64,000 bases of DNA from Antechinus flavipes (lineage: Eukaryota), in the NCBI RefSeq assembly GCF_016432865.1, contig NC_067398.1:349680001-349744000 (forward strand), read 5' to 3'. Made by a program: the position numbers and the translations under genes. The notes beneath the pieces were generated by a model. The model was not told the DNA's origin. It made no database searches and was given only the letters and a program-made list of their open reading frames with translations. Shown piece after piece: positions 45,282-57,957 of the stretch; position 1 is the stretch's first letter; each line of letters begins with the position of its first letter.

Positions 45282-46109
45282 AGACTTCTGGTTTTTTTTT
45301 TTTTTTTTGCCTTTCTTTGTATCCCTAGGATTTGGCACAGTGCCCGGCACATTATAAGCACTTAAATGCTTATTGACTGACTCACTTATACTTACACTAC
45401 ACTATACACTATACACTTATACTCATTTATATATAGGGGACAGGCAGTGAGAAGATCAAGTTGGCTGGATTGTGGAGTATTCAGAGAGAAGCAATTATGG
45501 TAGGAAAAGAAATATGGGGCCAGGTTGTAAGTCATCATCATCAGTCTGAACATTCATATAGCTCTTTAAGATTTGTAAAGTGCTTTAATAAAGACCTTCA
45601 AAGACAAACAAGAGTTTTGCTACTAGAGATAATATAGAGTCATTAGAGTATATTGAGCATAATTATAATAATAATTTCATCCTGTGACTTACAAAAATCA
45701 ATTTTTGACTTTCATTTTTAGAAGTGAGAAAATTTGAAGCATTGTAAAGTCTATTTATTGAGGAGATAAGGTAAAGCCCCAAATCTTAGAATGATCAGGG
45801 AATGAAATTTCTGAAAAGTGACTTCTTGATAATAACAATCATTAAATAACATTAACGTACTGCTTTAAATTTAAAAGGCAATTTCCTCACAGCAAGTGCA
45901 AATATTATCTACATTTTACAGAGGAAGAAACTGAGGCTGGAAGAAATTAAGCAACTTGCCAGTATTCACTTGGCTAGGAGCTTTGTGACCTGGGTCAAAT
46001 TCCATGCCCTCTCTAGGTTTCAGTATCTGCATTCTAAAATGAGAAGGCTGGGACTAGAAGATCTTTAAGGTCACATCTTGCTCTAAATTTTATGATCCTC
46101 TGATGAATG

Positions 46110-46370
46110 ACATGGGCAGCGAGGTGGCAAAGTAGATAGAATGCCAGGTCTGAAGTCAGGAAGATTCCTTTTTATGAGTTCAAATCTTACCTTTGATACT
46201 TTCTAGCTATGTAACCTTGAACAGGCCATTTTACCTTGTTTGCCTCAGTTTCCTCATCTGAAAAATGAGATGGAGAAGGAAATGGCAAAGCATTCTAGTA
46301 TCTTTACCAAGAAAACCCCAAATGGGATCATGAATAGTTGAACATGATTGAAAAATAACTCAACAACAAT
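46110..46370 (+). mobile_element. Mar1-like CORE-SINE
   Basis: 'gggcagcgaggtggcaaagtagatagaatgccaggtctgaagtcaggaagattcc...gcctcagtttcctcatctgaaaaatgagatggagaaggaaatggcaaag...ccaagaaaaccccaaatggg'. Confidence 0.85.
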
Positions 46371-46599
46371 GATAAATGTCAATGTCAGTATTGGAAAACA
46401 GATGTCTTGACTCCAGTGCTCTGCCCTACCATTTGTATTGACTTACAGTATCCATGCACTTACTCCTTCTAGTTTTCATTTTTAACATTAAGTCACTGGA
46501 CAAAGTATCTGTCCAAATATTTTTGACAGGAGTTTGATAAACACCAGTATCTTTGAGGAAGGAGAAGAACCTGACATCTAATCTCATCTTGTCTTCCAC

Positions 46600-46960
46600 A
46601 AAAGCCCAAATTTAGAAAAGACCTTAAGAGTTCATCTGCTCTAACCCATACCTGAACAAGAATCTCCAGTGTAAAATCTCCATGCAATCAGTCTTCTTCC
46701 CTGGAAGACATCCAAAAATGAGATTTCTTCCTAAAGTAGTTCAGTTCATTTTTGGACAGCTCCACTTGTTAGAAAGGTTTTCCTTACCTTGAGCCAAAAT
46801 CTGCTTCTCTTGTTTGTACTCATTTCTCCTAGTTTTATCCTTTGGGGCCCAGCAGAACAAATCTAATCCTTTTTCATAGGAAAAGTCTACACAGACATCT
46901 CCATTCCTATTCAATGATCCATCATCCACAAGTGATTCTCTATAGTACCTCACAGTGCTT
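46600..46960 (-). mobile_element. CR1/L3 3' fragment
   Basis: 'agaaaagaccttaagagttcatctgctctaaccc...tttttggacagctccacttgttagaaaggttttccttac...agttttatcctttggggcccagcagaacaaatctaatcc'; same type as 181-604. Confidence 0.65.
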
Positions 46961-49953
46961 CCCGCCTTTCCCCTTGCCCACTACAACTGAGGGCCATTTC
47001 TCTCCATCCCTATCCTCTCAAAATTAATGAGTCAAGAATTAAGGCACCACTTTCCTTCTAGTCAACATGGAATATTGAAAAGACACTGAACTATGTCTGA
47101 AAAATTGTTGCTGACTGTGAGACCTTGGGCATAATATTTTGCTGAACCTCAGTTTTCTCACTGTAAAATGGGGAAGTTGACTTAGCTCTCTCTGCTTTGT
47201 TTCCAGTTCTTACATCCCATGATTCTATCAGCCCTCAAGAATCAAAATCTTTGATATGAACTTTTCTCTCCCTGAAGTCTTCATCAGAAAGTTATTCCCA
47301 AATAGCAAATATCTATCTTTCTATCTATGTGGCAGGGGGAGAAGTGGGAAGGGATACATTATAATCTTTTATGTGGGCCCTGAATGACCATAAGAAATGT
47401 ATATAAATATGTATTCGCAGGTCGTCCTCCCAAAAGTGAGGGAAAGACTGATATGATGAAATTGCTGTACTTAAGATCCAATGGATGATACATCCGGCTT
47501 CCAATTAGTGTGAATAATGAATCCAGTGAGGGGGTCACATTATTCAAATTTTTGTTACATATTTTCATTGGATTCATTGCATTAGAACCAATTTCATTTT
47601 TATGTAATCATAACTTCAAATAGTGCATCATGTCAGGGATTTTGTCATTTATTTAGGGATTTATTATTTGCACTAATTGGGACTTAGATCTACTGCACAT
47701 GAGGATGATTTTTTTAAGGTAAAGCATAGTGGTTTGCATTTTTGCTCTGCTTAGAGAGAGGATTTCAGAGCTATATAATTATTGTATTCCTCTCTCCATA
47801 AATATGGCTGCCTGCCTTTGTGCATTTATAGCATTTATAGCTACTTCTCTGTCCCCTATCCTTGAATCTAACATACTTTGTAATTCTCAACTGAATTCCT
47901 CTGATTTTTACCTTAGATACTGACAAGAAAATGAACACTGTGCTGAAAAGAAATTGGGGTGAGGAGGAAAGGGAGGAATGAGGATGAAGGGAAAAAAACC
48001 AAGAAGGAAATTTCAGGGTACAAGATAAGTTTCCTTTCCCACAAGCCAGATGCAGATTTCAATCAATTCAATCAATGAGCAATGTTTGCTGGCTATAAAA
48101 ATGGCCCAGAGGTTGCTGCAGACCTGCCCTAAGATGGATGACCAATGGCATTGGAGGGTCCAAAGGTCAAAGATGACTATCCTCTGGAAATGTAATCTAT
48201 GACCAGGCCCTTCTTCTCCCCTCCCCCATCCCCAAGAGGCTTCAAGAAATAGCAAGTCACTCCCACCCCGTCTGCAGTGGAGCTGTCTGAAATCGAGCTG
48301 CTTGGCTCCTATTCCTTTTCTGCTTTCTAAGCTGCCTTCCTCCACACAGGAGCAGCCCGGAGAATCCTTGTAAAACACTAGGCCCCATTATTCCAATATG
48401 TTATGACAAATAACATTGGCGCCAACCAGGAGGGTCAACAATTCTCATTGTACCACTCACCCCAGGACTTCTTCATTCTCCTCATTCTAATGGATGTACA
48501 GAAACCAAAAGCTTAGCTGTCAGAAGCTATCCTGCTCAGAGGTTCTTTCGCAAATACTAGTTTCCTAGCAAAGGTGTAACTAGGAATTATTTCGCCTGAG
48601 ACAAAAATGGTTGATGGACAAAATTTGTACTTTCAGGTCTTTCTGAAAGTGGAAATGAACTGGGAGCCATTGACTTGTCACAATAATGGACTTGTTACAT
48701 TTAAGGTCAAATGGAAGATAATTGCAAATAAAGTTTTTCGTTTTTGTTTTTTAAATAAATCACAGTGGCTACTCTAGAGTAGTAGTAGTTACTGAGCTGT
48801 GTAGTTACATATAGAGGAATGGAGATGGAACACATAGTCCTTGTAAAGGTATAATCCGGCGAATATCCATTGCCCAGGGGAAGTCAAGAGAAGTTTGTGA
48901 GCACTCTCTGAGCATTAATGGTAGAGAACAATTGTGTCTTACACTATTGAAGGCAGTGGAGGATCAAGAGTCAAGGCACTCATGTGGTAGTCAGCTGGGG
49001 ATGAAGAATCTACCATCATTCTTCCATGTAACATACAGATCTGTTCCCTGAGATTTTATAATAAAAATGACAATGCAATCCAAGATCTACCCACACAGTC
49101 TAGATTTTATTGAAAGAAACTGTAGTGCAAGAGAAATAAATATATTTCCATGTTTCTTATTTTGAGATTTGGAGAATATAATCATATTACCAAATGTACA
49201 CTCAAAAGGAGAGACACATTCCTTCCATTCAGACACATTACTTTAAACTCATTGTGTACTCTTAGATATCTTATGCTTTGGGGACCCAGACTGCTTTTCC
49301 AGTTATGAGTTTGTTTTTGCACCCTTCAGACCCTTTTTCAGAATCCAAAAGAACATGTTTTTAAGGGTTTGGCTTATGTTTCATAGATTAAGAATTACCT
49401 CAGGGAAATATGATATTCTACAAGGCTAGGTCTCCACAGATATAAGTAAAAAGATCCCCAGTGTAAACACTAAACAAAAGTGTATGTTGACTGTAGGCTA
49501 GCTTTTGCTCTACCTCCCAAGAAATGAAAAGGAAAAAAAAACTCAGAAAAGCCTATAAATAATCAATACAATTCTTTGAAACAGCAGGTTTTGGAGTCAG
49601 ATAATGTGTATTCATATCTTAGTTCTTTCATTTATTACCTATGTGAACTTTAGCAAGCATTTATCCTCTCTGGGCCTCAGTTTCCTCATCCATAAAAATT
49701 GGAGTTGAACATTGTGGCCTCTAATATCTCTTCCAACTCAAAATCTATGATCCTATATTCTTCCCACTCTAGAGGCCTCCATACTAATAGCACTGCTTTT
49801 TACTTCCTTGATTGCCTTCAAAAACAAATGCACAAACAAACAAACTTGGAGTTACTGTTGGAGTACTCAACATTCTGATGAATACTGCTTAATCTTAAAG
49901 ACCCATAGAGTTATACAGCTTAATGTTATAATCAGCCTGGGTTTAACCTTATC

Positions 49954-50366
49954 CTAGAAGATAAACTTACTTGGGACTTTATTAGCCCAGTTGGGTCTAT
50001 ATTGTTTAGCTAACTCATGGTAATACTTGGAGGCAAATTCCACATCTTTAGCTTTCCTATATTTTGGCTTATACTCCCAAGTTACTTCTCTGGCTTCAGT
50101 GTTCCTTATCTGGCTTCAGAAGTCTGGCACTTGTCAGAAATTCCTCATTTCTTCTCTAAAAATTTCTCCAGTTTTTCGATTGTGTCAAAGTCAATGTTGT
50201 CCAGATATTTTCCTTTGTCATTAAAAGATAAATGCCATTGCTTTAGGGATTGTTCAACTAGCAACTCCCCCCTCTCTAATAGTCTGTGTTTCAGGAATTC
50301 CCAAGAATTGATCATATAGTATCCCTCTGTGTGGCAGGTATCTTTCTGCCTAAGAGGTTATGCCAT
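49954..50366 (-). pseudogene. Degraded retroviral Gag matrix-like reading frame (putative ERV internal remnant)
   Basis: Frame 50315-50145 encodes MINSWEFLKHRLLERGELLVEQSLKQWHLSFNDKGKYLDNIDFDTIEKLEKFLEKK*. IDFDTIEKLEKFLEKK*G loosely resembles the ERV1 MA motif INYNTILQLDLFCRREG as I recall it. A second frame continues for ~53 codons to 49954. A (GA)n tract lies just upstream. Confidence 0.4.
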
Positions 50367-50459
50367 TGATACTTCAAGCTTCATGTCAAGAATGTAAGGT
50401 CAGAGCTGAAAGTACATGCAACTCATATGTCTCTGTCCCAAGGTAGTACTTGATAGAGA

Positions 50460-50469
50460 TCTCTCTCTC

Positions 50470-50531
<62 letters not shown>
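50460..50531. repeat. (TC)n microsatellite with one interruption
   Basis: Directly visible. It gives the RERERE run in ORF 50423-50647. Confidence 0.97.
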
Positions 50532-50534
<3 letters not shown>

Positions 50535-51569
50535 ACTCTGTAGCACTCAGGTTTGACCTTTGTGAAGGATACACAAAGATAAATTTTTGAGAGAATCTTG
50601 ATGTCATTAATGGGGCTTTGAAATTTTCTCAAGGTAACCCAGAACATTCTTCCTTCTTTTCAACTCTGGGTCCAACTCATTGTCCATTTCTAATGTCTGT
50701 TCCAGATATATGTACCAATGTACAAGTTCTATAGGTTTTCCTAACCTATTCATTCTAAATGAATTGGTCATAACCTAGGCAATAGGCATTCTTTATTCAC
50801 TTTATCTTCCCTGCCCAGGCTAAACTCTGAGTTATTACAGATCTCTTTTAGTAGGCTCTGAAATGCTCTGGGGCTTAATTCAACCAGTATAGTATCCTAT
50901 AAAAACAAAAGCATCTGTAAGATCTCCCCATTTATAAAGAAACCTTTGTAAACATAGACTTTGTGTAGGATGTCCACCACAGTGATGATCATCATTGGCA
51001 AGCATATATCTCATTGTTTTGTCTTTCCTGATGTTTATGGCAGCAGAGAATGATTGAATGGGGTTATTTATATTGTTATGTTGGAATGTTTTGGGAAGTT
51101 GGGAAAGGTTTTGATGTGTGGATGAGAAACACCATGCTGGAAAAGCACTTTTAAAGAAACATTTTATATTACTTTAATTAAATGCTTTTTCATAAATTCA
51201 CAAACAATAAGCATAATGGGATCGTATAGTCTCTACATCTTTCAGTCAGTTGTAAAAATTATTACAGTATGGAGGTAACCTTACCTTCTCAAGAGATATG
51301 CTCTGGAAGCTTCTCTCCCCTTCTGAAAAGGTTTGAGTTTGTCTCATCCAGACCCTGAATCTGCTTTCCAAAGATCAGCCTAGCTAAGTATAAAAAGTCT
51401 CATCATCCAAACACTGGTTATTTTGTAATGGATATTTTGGCCATGGCAACATAAAATATAAAAAAGGAAATATAAAATTACTCTGTCCTGTGTAACCCCT
51501 TTCTGCTTTTTCAGTGACAACAGCAGAGAAGCAAAAATAGGGCAGAAAGTGCAAAGAATAGCACTATTG

Positions 51570-52790
51570 GTACAAAAATGTGAGCTCTTTTTCTAATGAC
51601 CAATGAGTAAAGATATTGCTGAAAGAGAGTTGAATCAAAATTAGGGCTTCCTTTCTCTAAATGAAACCAGAAGGAAGATGCAGCTAAAAAGAAGAATATT
51701 TCACATGTACTCAAGCAAAGAAAAAAGTTGGCAGAGTTGGTTTTATCATATATCCAAAATAACAGGAAATATTTCATGGGATAGCTAATAATTTAATATG
51801 TCAGTGATAGTGATAAATATTGCATAATATCTGTGATATGAAAATATTGTAATATATATACTAGTATCAGTTGCAGAGAAAGGAGAGGTGGAGAAATTCT
51901 GTGAAAAGTTTGATAGGACTTTTCATTTCAAATAGCATACATTCTGATATTTGATAACTTCAATCCAAAGGTGGAAAAAAGTGAAATTGATGAAAAATAT
52001 GTAAGAAAGCATATTTCAGAGAAAAAAGATTGAGAGAAGCCAAAGATTTTCCAACTATACTGCTGATTTACATTTTTACATCTTGAATAGCTTTGAGAAA
52101 AATAATTGGTAGGTACTAAAAGCCAAAAAGGATCACAACAACAACAAAAAAAAATTGAAACATTATGTTTTAACCAAAAGGAAAAAAAAAACTTATTACT
52201 GATGTAAGAATTATTCCTGAATCATCTGTCTTGGTATGTAGACTTATCAGGACAAAAATGAGAATTCATAATGAGAAAGAAGAGTAACGAGAAAAAGATG
52301 CATGGGCCATTCAAGCAACTTGATCCTGAACTATTTAAACAAGTAGTAAGCAATGAATAATGAAGTGGACATCAGAAATGACAACAATTCTGATGACAAG
52401 AATTTTATATAGAAGTTTAAGCACTGTAATCTATTGCTATAACCAGAAAAATAAAAGCACGCAGGAATCACCTTAGTCAGCAGATATTTGACTTATAGGA
52501 CAAGTGAAGGGAGCAGCATCCAATAGTAATACTAGTTTGAAATATAAACTCATTTGTAAAATCTCACAATGGAAGATGATAAATGATTATGATCAGTATC
52601 ATCTCAAGAAATAGAGAGCAGCCATACAACATAAAACCAGTTCAAGGAAAGTTTGACAGAAAAAATTCAATCAAGCAAGGTCATTTTAAGAATATAAGAA
52701 TGAAAATGGAAGAGAAACAATAGCAGAAAAATGGAAAAGACCCTGTAATCCTCTAATTAGACAAAAATAATTTGTGGACTAGACAGTGGT
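51570..52790 (+). mobile_element. RTE LINE AP-endonuclease region, degraded
   Basis: Reads EVEKFCEKFDRTF, then after a frameshift LIFDNFNPKVEKSEIDEKYVRK, comparable to the APE motif EKFYEEL..ILGDFNAKVG. 'gttggcagagttggttttatcata' resembles GVGGVGFI. Purine-rich sense composition. Confidence 0.7.
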
Positions 52791-55539
52791 TAAGAGATAA
52801 GGGTTTTCTTGCCACCATTGAGACATCTGTGTAATATTATTCCCTTATTTGAGTAAGAAGACGAAAGGGGAAGAAGGAAAGGTCCAGGACAATGTCTCTT
52901 ATGTTTCCTAATGTTTTATCTCTTTAGTTGTTATCCTTTCATTTCTTTGGATAATTTGTTTTGCTAAGTCCAGGTCCACTTCCTAGCCATCTCTGAATTA
53001 TCTCATTCCCAGCCCCCATATCTTCTCCAGTCTGGTTTGAACCATCTGGTACAAGCTCCTCTGTATCTCAGAGGCTCATTAGTTCCCCCACTTCTTTCCT
53101 TAGCTCACCTTCAAGTAATTTTTTTCTCTCCCCACCACCCCTTCTTCCCCCCACACCCAGCATGATAGACATACAATTTTTTCTTTGTGTTGCATCTTTG
53201 GAGCTTCATTCCCTGTAATTTTTACCATCTGCTGGGTTGCATTTAGAAGGCGATCAGGGATGGGCTGAATAAGATAAATACAACAGATGATGAACTTACA
53301 TTTTGTTTTAGCAAAGGCTCTCTCCAATCTTTCTCATTGCAGTCTGCTTATTAGTTGCTTAGAAAACATATAAGCTATATTTGAATGCTGAGTATCAATC
53401 TCATTTCACAAATCATTTCCATTTAGCTATTTAATGATATATATGTCACCCAAAGATGCAGTATTTCCCAAAAGTCAGGAAACAAATAAATTATTACAAT
53501 TTAAAAATGAATCTATTTATTGATCCCTTTCTTTTGTGCTATTAATGCTAATTGTTTTTCATGGTGCATGAATTTCGGATTCATCAAAATGAATCCTTAA
53601 TGAATTTCCAAATGCAAAAATTTTTATCAGGATAACAAATAGATCCAAATCATTCAGCCATCTCTTGAGTGGCTGCTCTGAAGGATCATGACAGCCTTTA
53701 GAAGTTCAGAAGTTGTCAGCATTTTTGTGGCAAGGGATTCAGTAGTTTTATGAGCAAGACATAGAATCCAGTGATTTAGCATATAGTGCTGGGGTGCCTC
53801 TTCGTACAAGTACTTGTGCCTCACAAGGCCTGCTGCTGTCATTAAGCAGCTTAGTTAGGAATGAACATAGCAATAGAGGGTTGCTGCATATAATGGAAAT
53901 TATCTATCCCCTGCCCTCATTCTTTTGCTGAGACAGAGTATGGATTTGAGGGAATCAAGCTTGAAAGAAACAGTGGTAGTATTTTGAGGTCTAGAAGCAG
54001 TGTTGTAGTGACTTAGATTTGATGCAAGGGTACTCATAGATTCAGTTGTGTGGTACTCTTGTGAATATTTCCTAACATTGTCACCCAATGGGCCAGGTTT
54101 ATGGAGATATGGATAGCCATAAATGATGCTACTGTCACCAGTAGATCTTTCTACTTTGAACCTACATGAATAAAGGCTTTAAGTTTTATGAAGTCTATTC
54201 AACAAATCCAATTCAACAGACATATATTAAGCACCTGCTTTGTACAAAGCATTGTTCAAGATGATGGTGGAAGCTCCAAATTTAGATATGATATCATTCT
54301 TGCTCTCAAGGACCTTATAAATTAGTAGGTGTGTAGAAATAATAGAAATGAGAAGGAGTACAATGCAAATAACTACAACACACGATATTAGTTAGTGCAA
54401 ACTAACTACACAGTGTGATGCATCAGGAAAATTCTTAATTTTTAGTATTTTTCATAAAGTGAAACTAAATTAAGTTTATATAATAATATAATACAAACTA
54501 CATGCTAAAGTACTATGGGAAGATAATTAATAAACATGAATCATCAGAGTGATATGGGAGAAATATGGTAGGAAGGGCCCTAGATTTAAGAACAGAGGAC
54601 TTGAGTTCTAATTCCAGGTCTACCACTTAATACCTATATCACTAAAAAGTGATTTGGACTGAATCAGAGGTGCTACACTTGGGGTGTTCAGGCTGTGGAC
54701 CTCCAGAAAAACTGGCTGAGCATAGAAAATTAGGGGAAAAAATCAATACAACATAGATAATTTGCAGCTTTCTTAGTTAATATGTTTCCACAGGGACCTA
54801 TTTCTATTGAACTAAATGACCTCTTAGACCTCTTCCAGATTTGAATCTATGATCATAAACCAGGGAAAGTATCTTGGAAAAGGTAAATCTTGATCATGGA
54901 TATAAAGAAAGTTATGAGTGTAGATGAATAGAATTCCAACAGGAAGCATTCCAATCAGAAGGAACAGAGAATTTTCGTTGATCAGAAATGGTAACAAATA
55001 AGGCAGATATGTGCTAGTCTGGTTTGAGCCAGATTAAATAGACTGTTAATAAAGCATGGAGCTACCACCAGTAGTTCCAAGCTGTGCTTTAAATTAGGCT
55101 GTAATGTTTAATAAGTTTGCAGATCATGAAGGGGGTAGAGGTAGGGTAGAGAGGGTGAATAATCCATGTCTATATGCTACTTTTAGAGTTTAGAAAGTGT
55201 TTACTTCACAGTATGTTTGTTAGGTAGTCCCTATATCATACATATTTTACATATGAGTAAATTGAGACCAAGTGTGTGTGGGGGGATTGACTGAGGTCAT
55301 CCAAGAAATCAGTGGCAGAACTAGGGTTCAATCCCAGATCTTTCCATTGTATTCCACTGCTTTCATTATCTAGCCTACCAATCAAGGTCCCCACTTTCTA
55401 GCTAAAATACTTTAATGATCTTCCACAATTTTTCATTTTTCCTCAAGGAACTATTTTGCCAGGACAGCTATCTCTTGTCACCGGACTGCAAATTGGACTT
55501 CTCTATCCCAGGTAAGCACATCTTTTTTTCCTTTCCCAG

Positions 55540-55710
55540 CCATCCCCCATCCCTTTTTAGCTTACTTTTATATGTTGCTTTCCCTCATTAGAATGTAAAC
55601 TCTTTAAGGGCAGAGTCTATTTTTCTTTTTGCTTCTTTTCCTAGCACTTTGCACTGTTCTTGGAGCATACTAAATACTAAATACTAATAAATGTATGCTA
55701 ACTGACTATC
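55540..55710 (+). mobile_element. L2 3' end
   Basis: 'ctcattagaatgtaaactctttaagggcagagtctatttttc...cctagcactttgcactgttcttgg...aataaatgtatgctaactgact'. Confidence 0.75.
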
Positions 55711-56538
55711 TGACTGCTATAGGTATATGGCTGCACTGCTAGTTCAGTTGAATTGCAGATTCTGGTAGGATCTTCAGACCTTTCTTTTATTCCATGTGCT
55801 AGTCCTCTTCATACAAAGTTGTTCCATTGTTCTCCAATTGTGTCAAGGAATTGAAACATACTGGTGGTTGGTAAGGAGTCAGTCAGTCAGTAAGCAAATG
55901 AAGCCATCCTTGCATTAGAATTTTCAAACCTAATGTAAAAAGAAGCTGATCCCAAAGCCCTCAAGGAATTTACAGTCTAGTAGTGTGGGGAAAACCAGAC
56001 TACATTCTATCAATATTTATATTTTAGTTTACAGTTAAGGCCTTGCCCATTGCCCTGTTTGTGAAGGGCATCTGCTGGGATCAGGAGCTCCAAAAGGAAG
56101 AAATAACTAAAGTAGCTAGGGAATCTGTTCTGTCCTCTCTACTACCATTCATGGAAAGTTCTCATTACCATATACCTGGAATTAGCACATGTACTTCCTA
56201 CCAGGTCCTTCCTGCTATATAAATATTGATTGGTTGGTTGTGATCATTATTTAAGTAATCAACCAATCAATAAGTCTGGACTAATGATAGCTTATATAGT
56301 GAAGGTTTTTCAATGCAATTATATATACATACATGTATATGTGTATATACATATGCATATATATTTGTATTTAAATGTATGAATTATCTCATTTGAGCCT
56401 CACAGCAATNNNNNNNNNNNNNNNNNNNNNNNNNNNNNNNNNNNNNNNNNNNNNNNNNNNNNNNNNNNNNNNNNNNNNNNNNNNNNNNNNNNNNNNNNNN
56501 NNNNNNNNNNNNNNNNNNNNNNNNNNNNNNNNNNNNNN

Positions 56539-56880
56539 GGAGCAAAGAACTGAAAACATTAAATGTCCATCAATTGGGGAATGGCTAAATAAAATTGTGT
56601 TACAATGGAATATAACTGTACCATAAGAAACAAACAATGATTATGATGAACACAGAGATGCAAATGACTTATGAGAACTGATTCAGAATGAAGTAAGCCA
56701 AACCTTGAAAAGAATATACACAACTATAACAATGTAAAAGGGGGGGGGGGCAGAAATCACCACAAAACAATTTTGAAAGTGATTGTTTCAAAATGACAAA
56801 GATTAAACATAATTTCTGAAGAAGAACTTTCCACAATTTTGAAGGACTGGGAGATTCACAAGTGTGGAATATTGCAGATG

Positions 56881-56917
<37 letters not shown>

Positions 56918-57160
56918 TGATTGATTGATTTTTCTAAATTGGTTTTATTCTTTTTATTTATTTATTTTTTTCATTTAGAAAATCCTTTACTAAATGGGAT
57001 CTCTCCAGGAAAGAAGAGAAGAAGGGATACAGGAAAACTTTAAATGATACAATTACAAATTAATAAAAATTATTAAAAAAAAAAACAAACTAGGAGAACT
57101 ATTAGACAATGTTCATAAAGGAAAATAATTTTGAAAAACTAAAGAACTCTAATCAATGCA
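56539..57160 (+). mobile_element. L1 ORF2 end plus 3'UTR, 5' part in the gap
   Basis: KCPSIGEWLNK in ORF 56375-56626; 'gacttatgagaactgattcagaatgaagtaagccaaacc'. Confidence 0.8.
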
Positions 57161-57269
57161 ATGACTACTCGTAACTTTAGAGTAGTAGCCTTGTTTTCTG
57201 CCTCCTGGCAGAAAGATAATGGATTCTTAAAGCATAGAATAAGAGGTTTCAGCTATGGACAAAATTTTA

Positions 57270-57420
57270 GCTCCTCTTCCTCATTCTTCTCTTTCTCCTC
57301 TGTCCTCCTCCCTGTTCTCCTCCTTCTTTTTCTCTTTTTTCTGTCCCCTCCTCTGTCTGTCTGTCTGTCTCTCTCTGTCTCTGTCTCCTTCGCTCCTTCC
57401 CTCTCTCCAACTCTGTCTCC
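57270..57420. repeat. Pyrimidine-rich (CT/CTGT)n simple repeat
   Basis: Directly visible. It explains ORFs 57161-57433, 57253-57453 and 57255-57449. Confidence 0.85.
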
Positions 57421-57957
57421 CCCCCATTTATAAACATTTGTACATATAGGCATTTAATTGCATTTAAACATAACCTCTATTACAGAAGTGGGCAAATCGT
57501 TGATGAAAAAGAATCAGTGAAATAAAAATATACAAAAGAAAACAAAAAGTTCAGAAAAGGACACAAATGGGGTAATTTGTTACTTTGCTAAATTTAATAT
57601 ACACCTTTTAAAACAAATTATACATAATATAAGTTCACAATTTCATAGACACTTCCTCTTTTAGGATCTTTGTATACTGGAATATATGTATGTATTTGTT
57701 GATTCAGTTCTTTATTTAAAAAAAGCCAATTTTTAAAAAATTCACATAAACATTTCTTTCTCATTTCACTGTGATAGCTCCCTAGTATTATTTCCTTCTA
57801 AAGGCTGAACACCTCCTTTAAAATAGAACAGATTATAAAGTGAACAATGGCAGAAATGCCAGCCTTATTAATTTTTTATATGTAATTAATTTTTTATTGT
57901 TACACATGAGTGATCAGAGTCTTAGCTTAGTTGGCCCATGTGTGTTGCATTTTTAAA

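Larger units (their letters stand above)
44430..45380 (+). mobile_element. L2 3' end hosting two later insertions (L1 at 44539-45066, SINE at 45138-45281)
   Basis: Pieces 'gtgccttcccctttgagataaccttctatctac', 'caatagaatgtacggccctagaaggcaaagactac' and 'ctttgtatccctaggatttggcacagtgcccggcacattataagcacttaaatgcttattgactgact' reassemble into one L2 terminus. Confidence 0.75.

Noticed and set aside
47453-47530. C-box-like atgatga suggesting a C/D snoRNA
   Set aside because: I found no suitably placed CTGA D box and no terminal stem.
48417-48432. tggcgccaaccaggag resembles a tRNA primer-binding site after ...CA
   Set aside because: It needs a 2-nt deletion and a substitution to fit a tRNA-Arg PBS as I recall it. 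There is no upstream LTR or AATAAA and no downstream gag on that strand.
53654-53842. Resemblance of ORF MTAAGLVRHK...WILCLAHK to the filovirus NP N-terminus
   Set aside because: Only a few scattered residues match and the spacing is wrong. This is not enough to call an endogenous viral element without a search.
55448-55511. 64-nt plus-strand exon-like unit (cctcaag / cag|gtaagc), open in all three frames
   Set aside because: It is isolated, with no partner exon or recognisable peptide, and dozens of such donor motifs are expected by chance in 64 kb.
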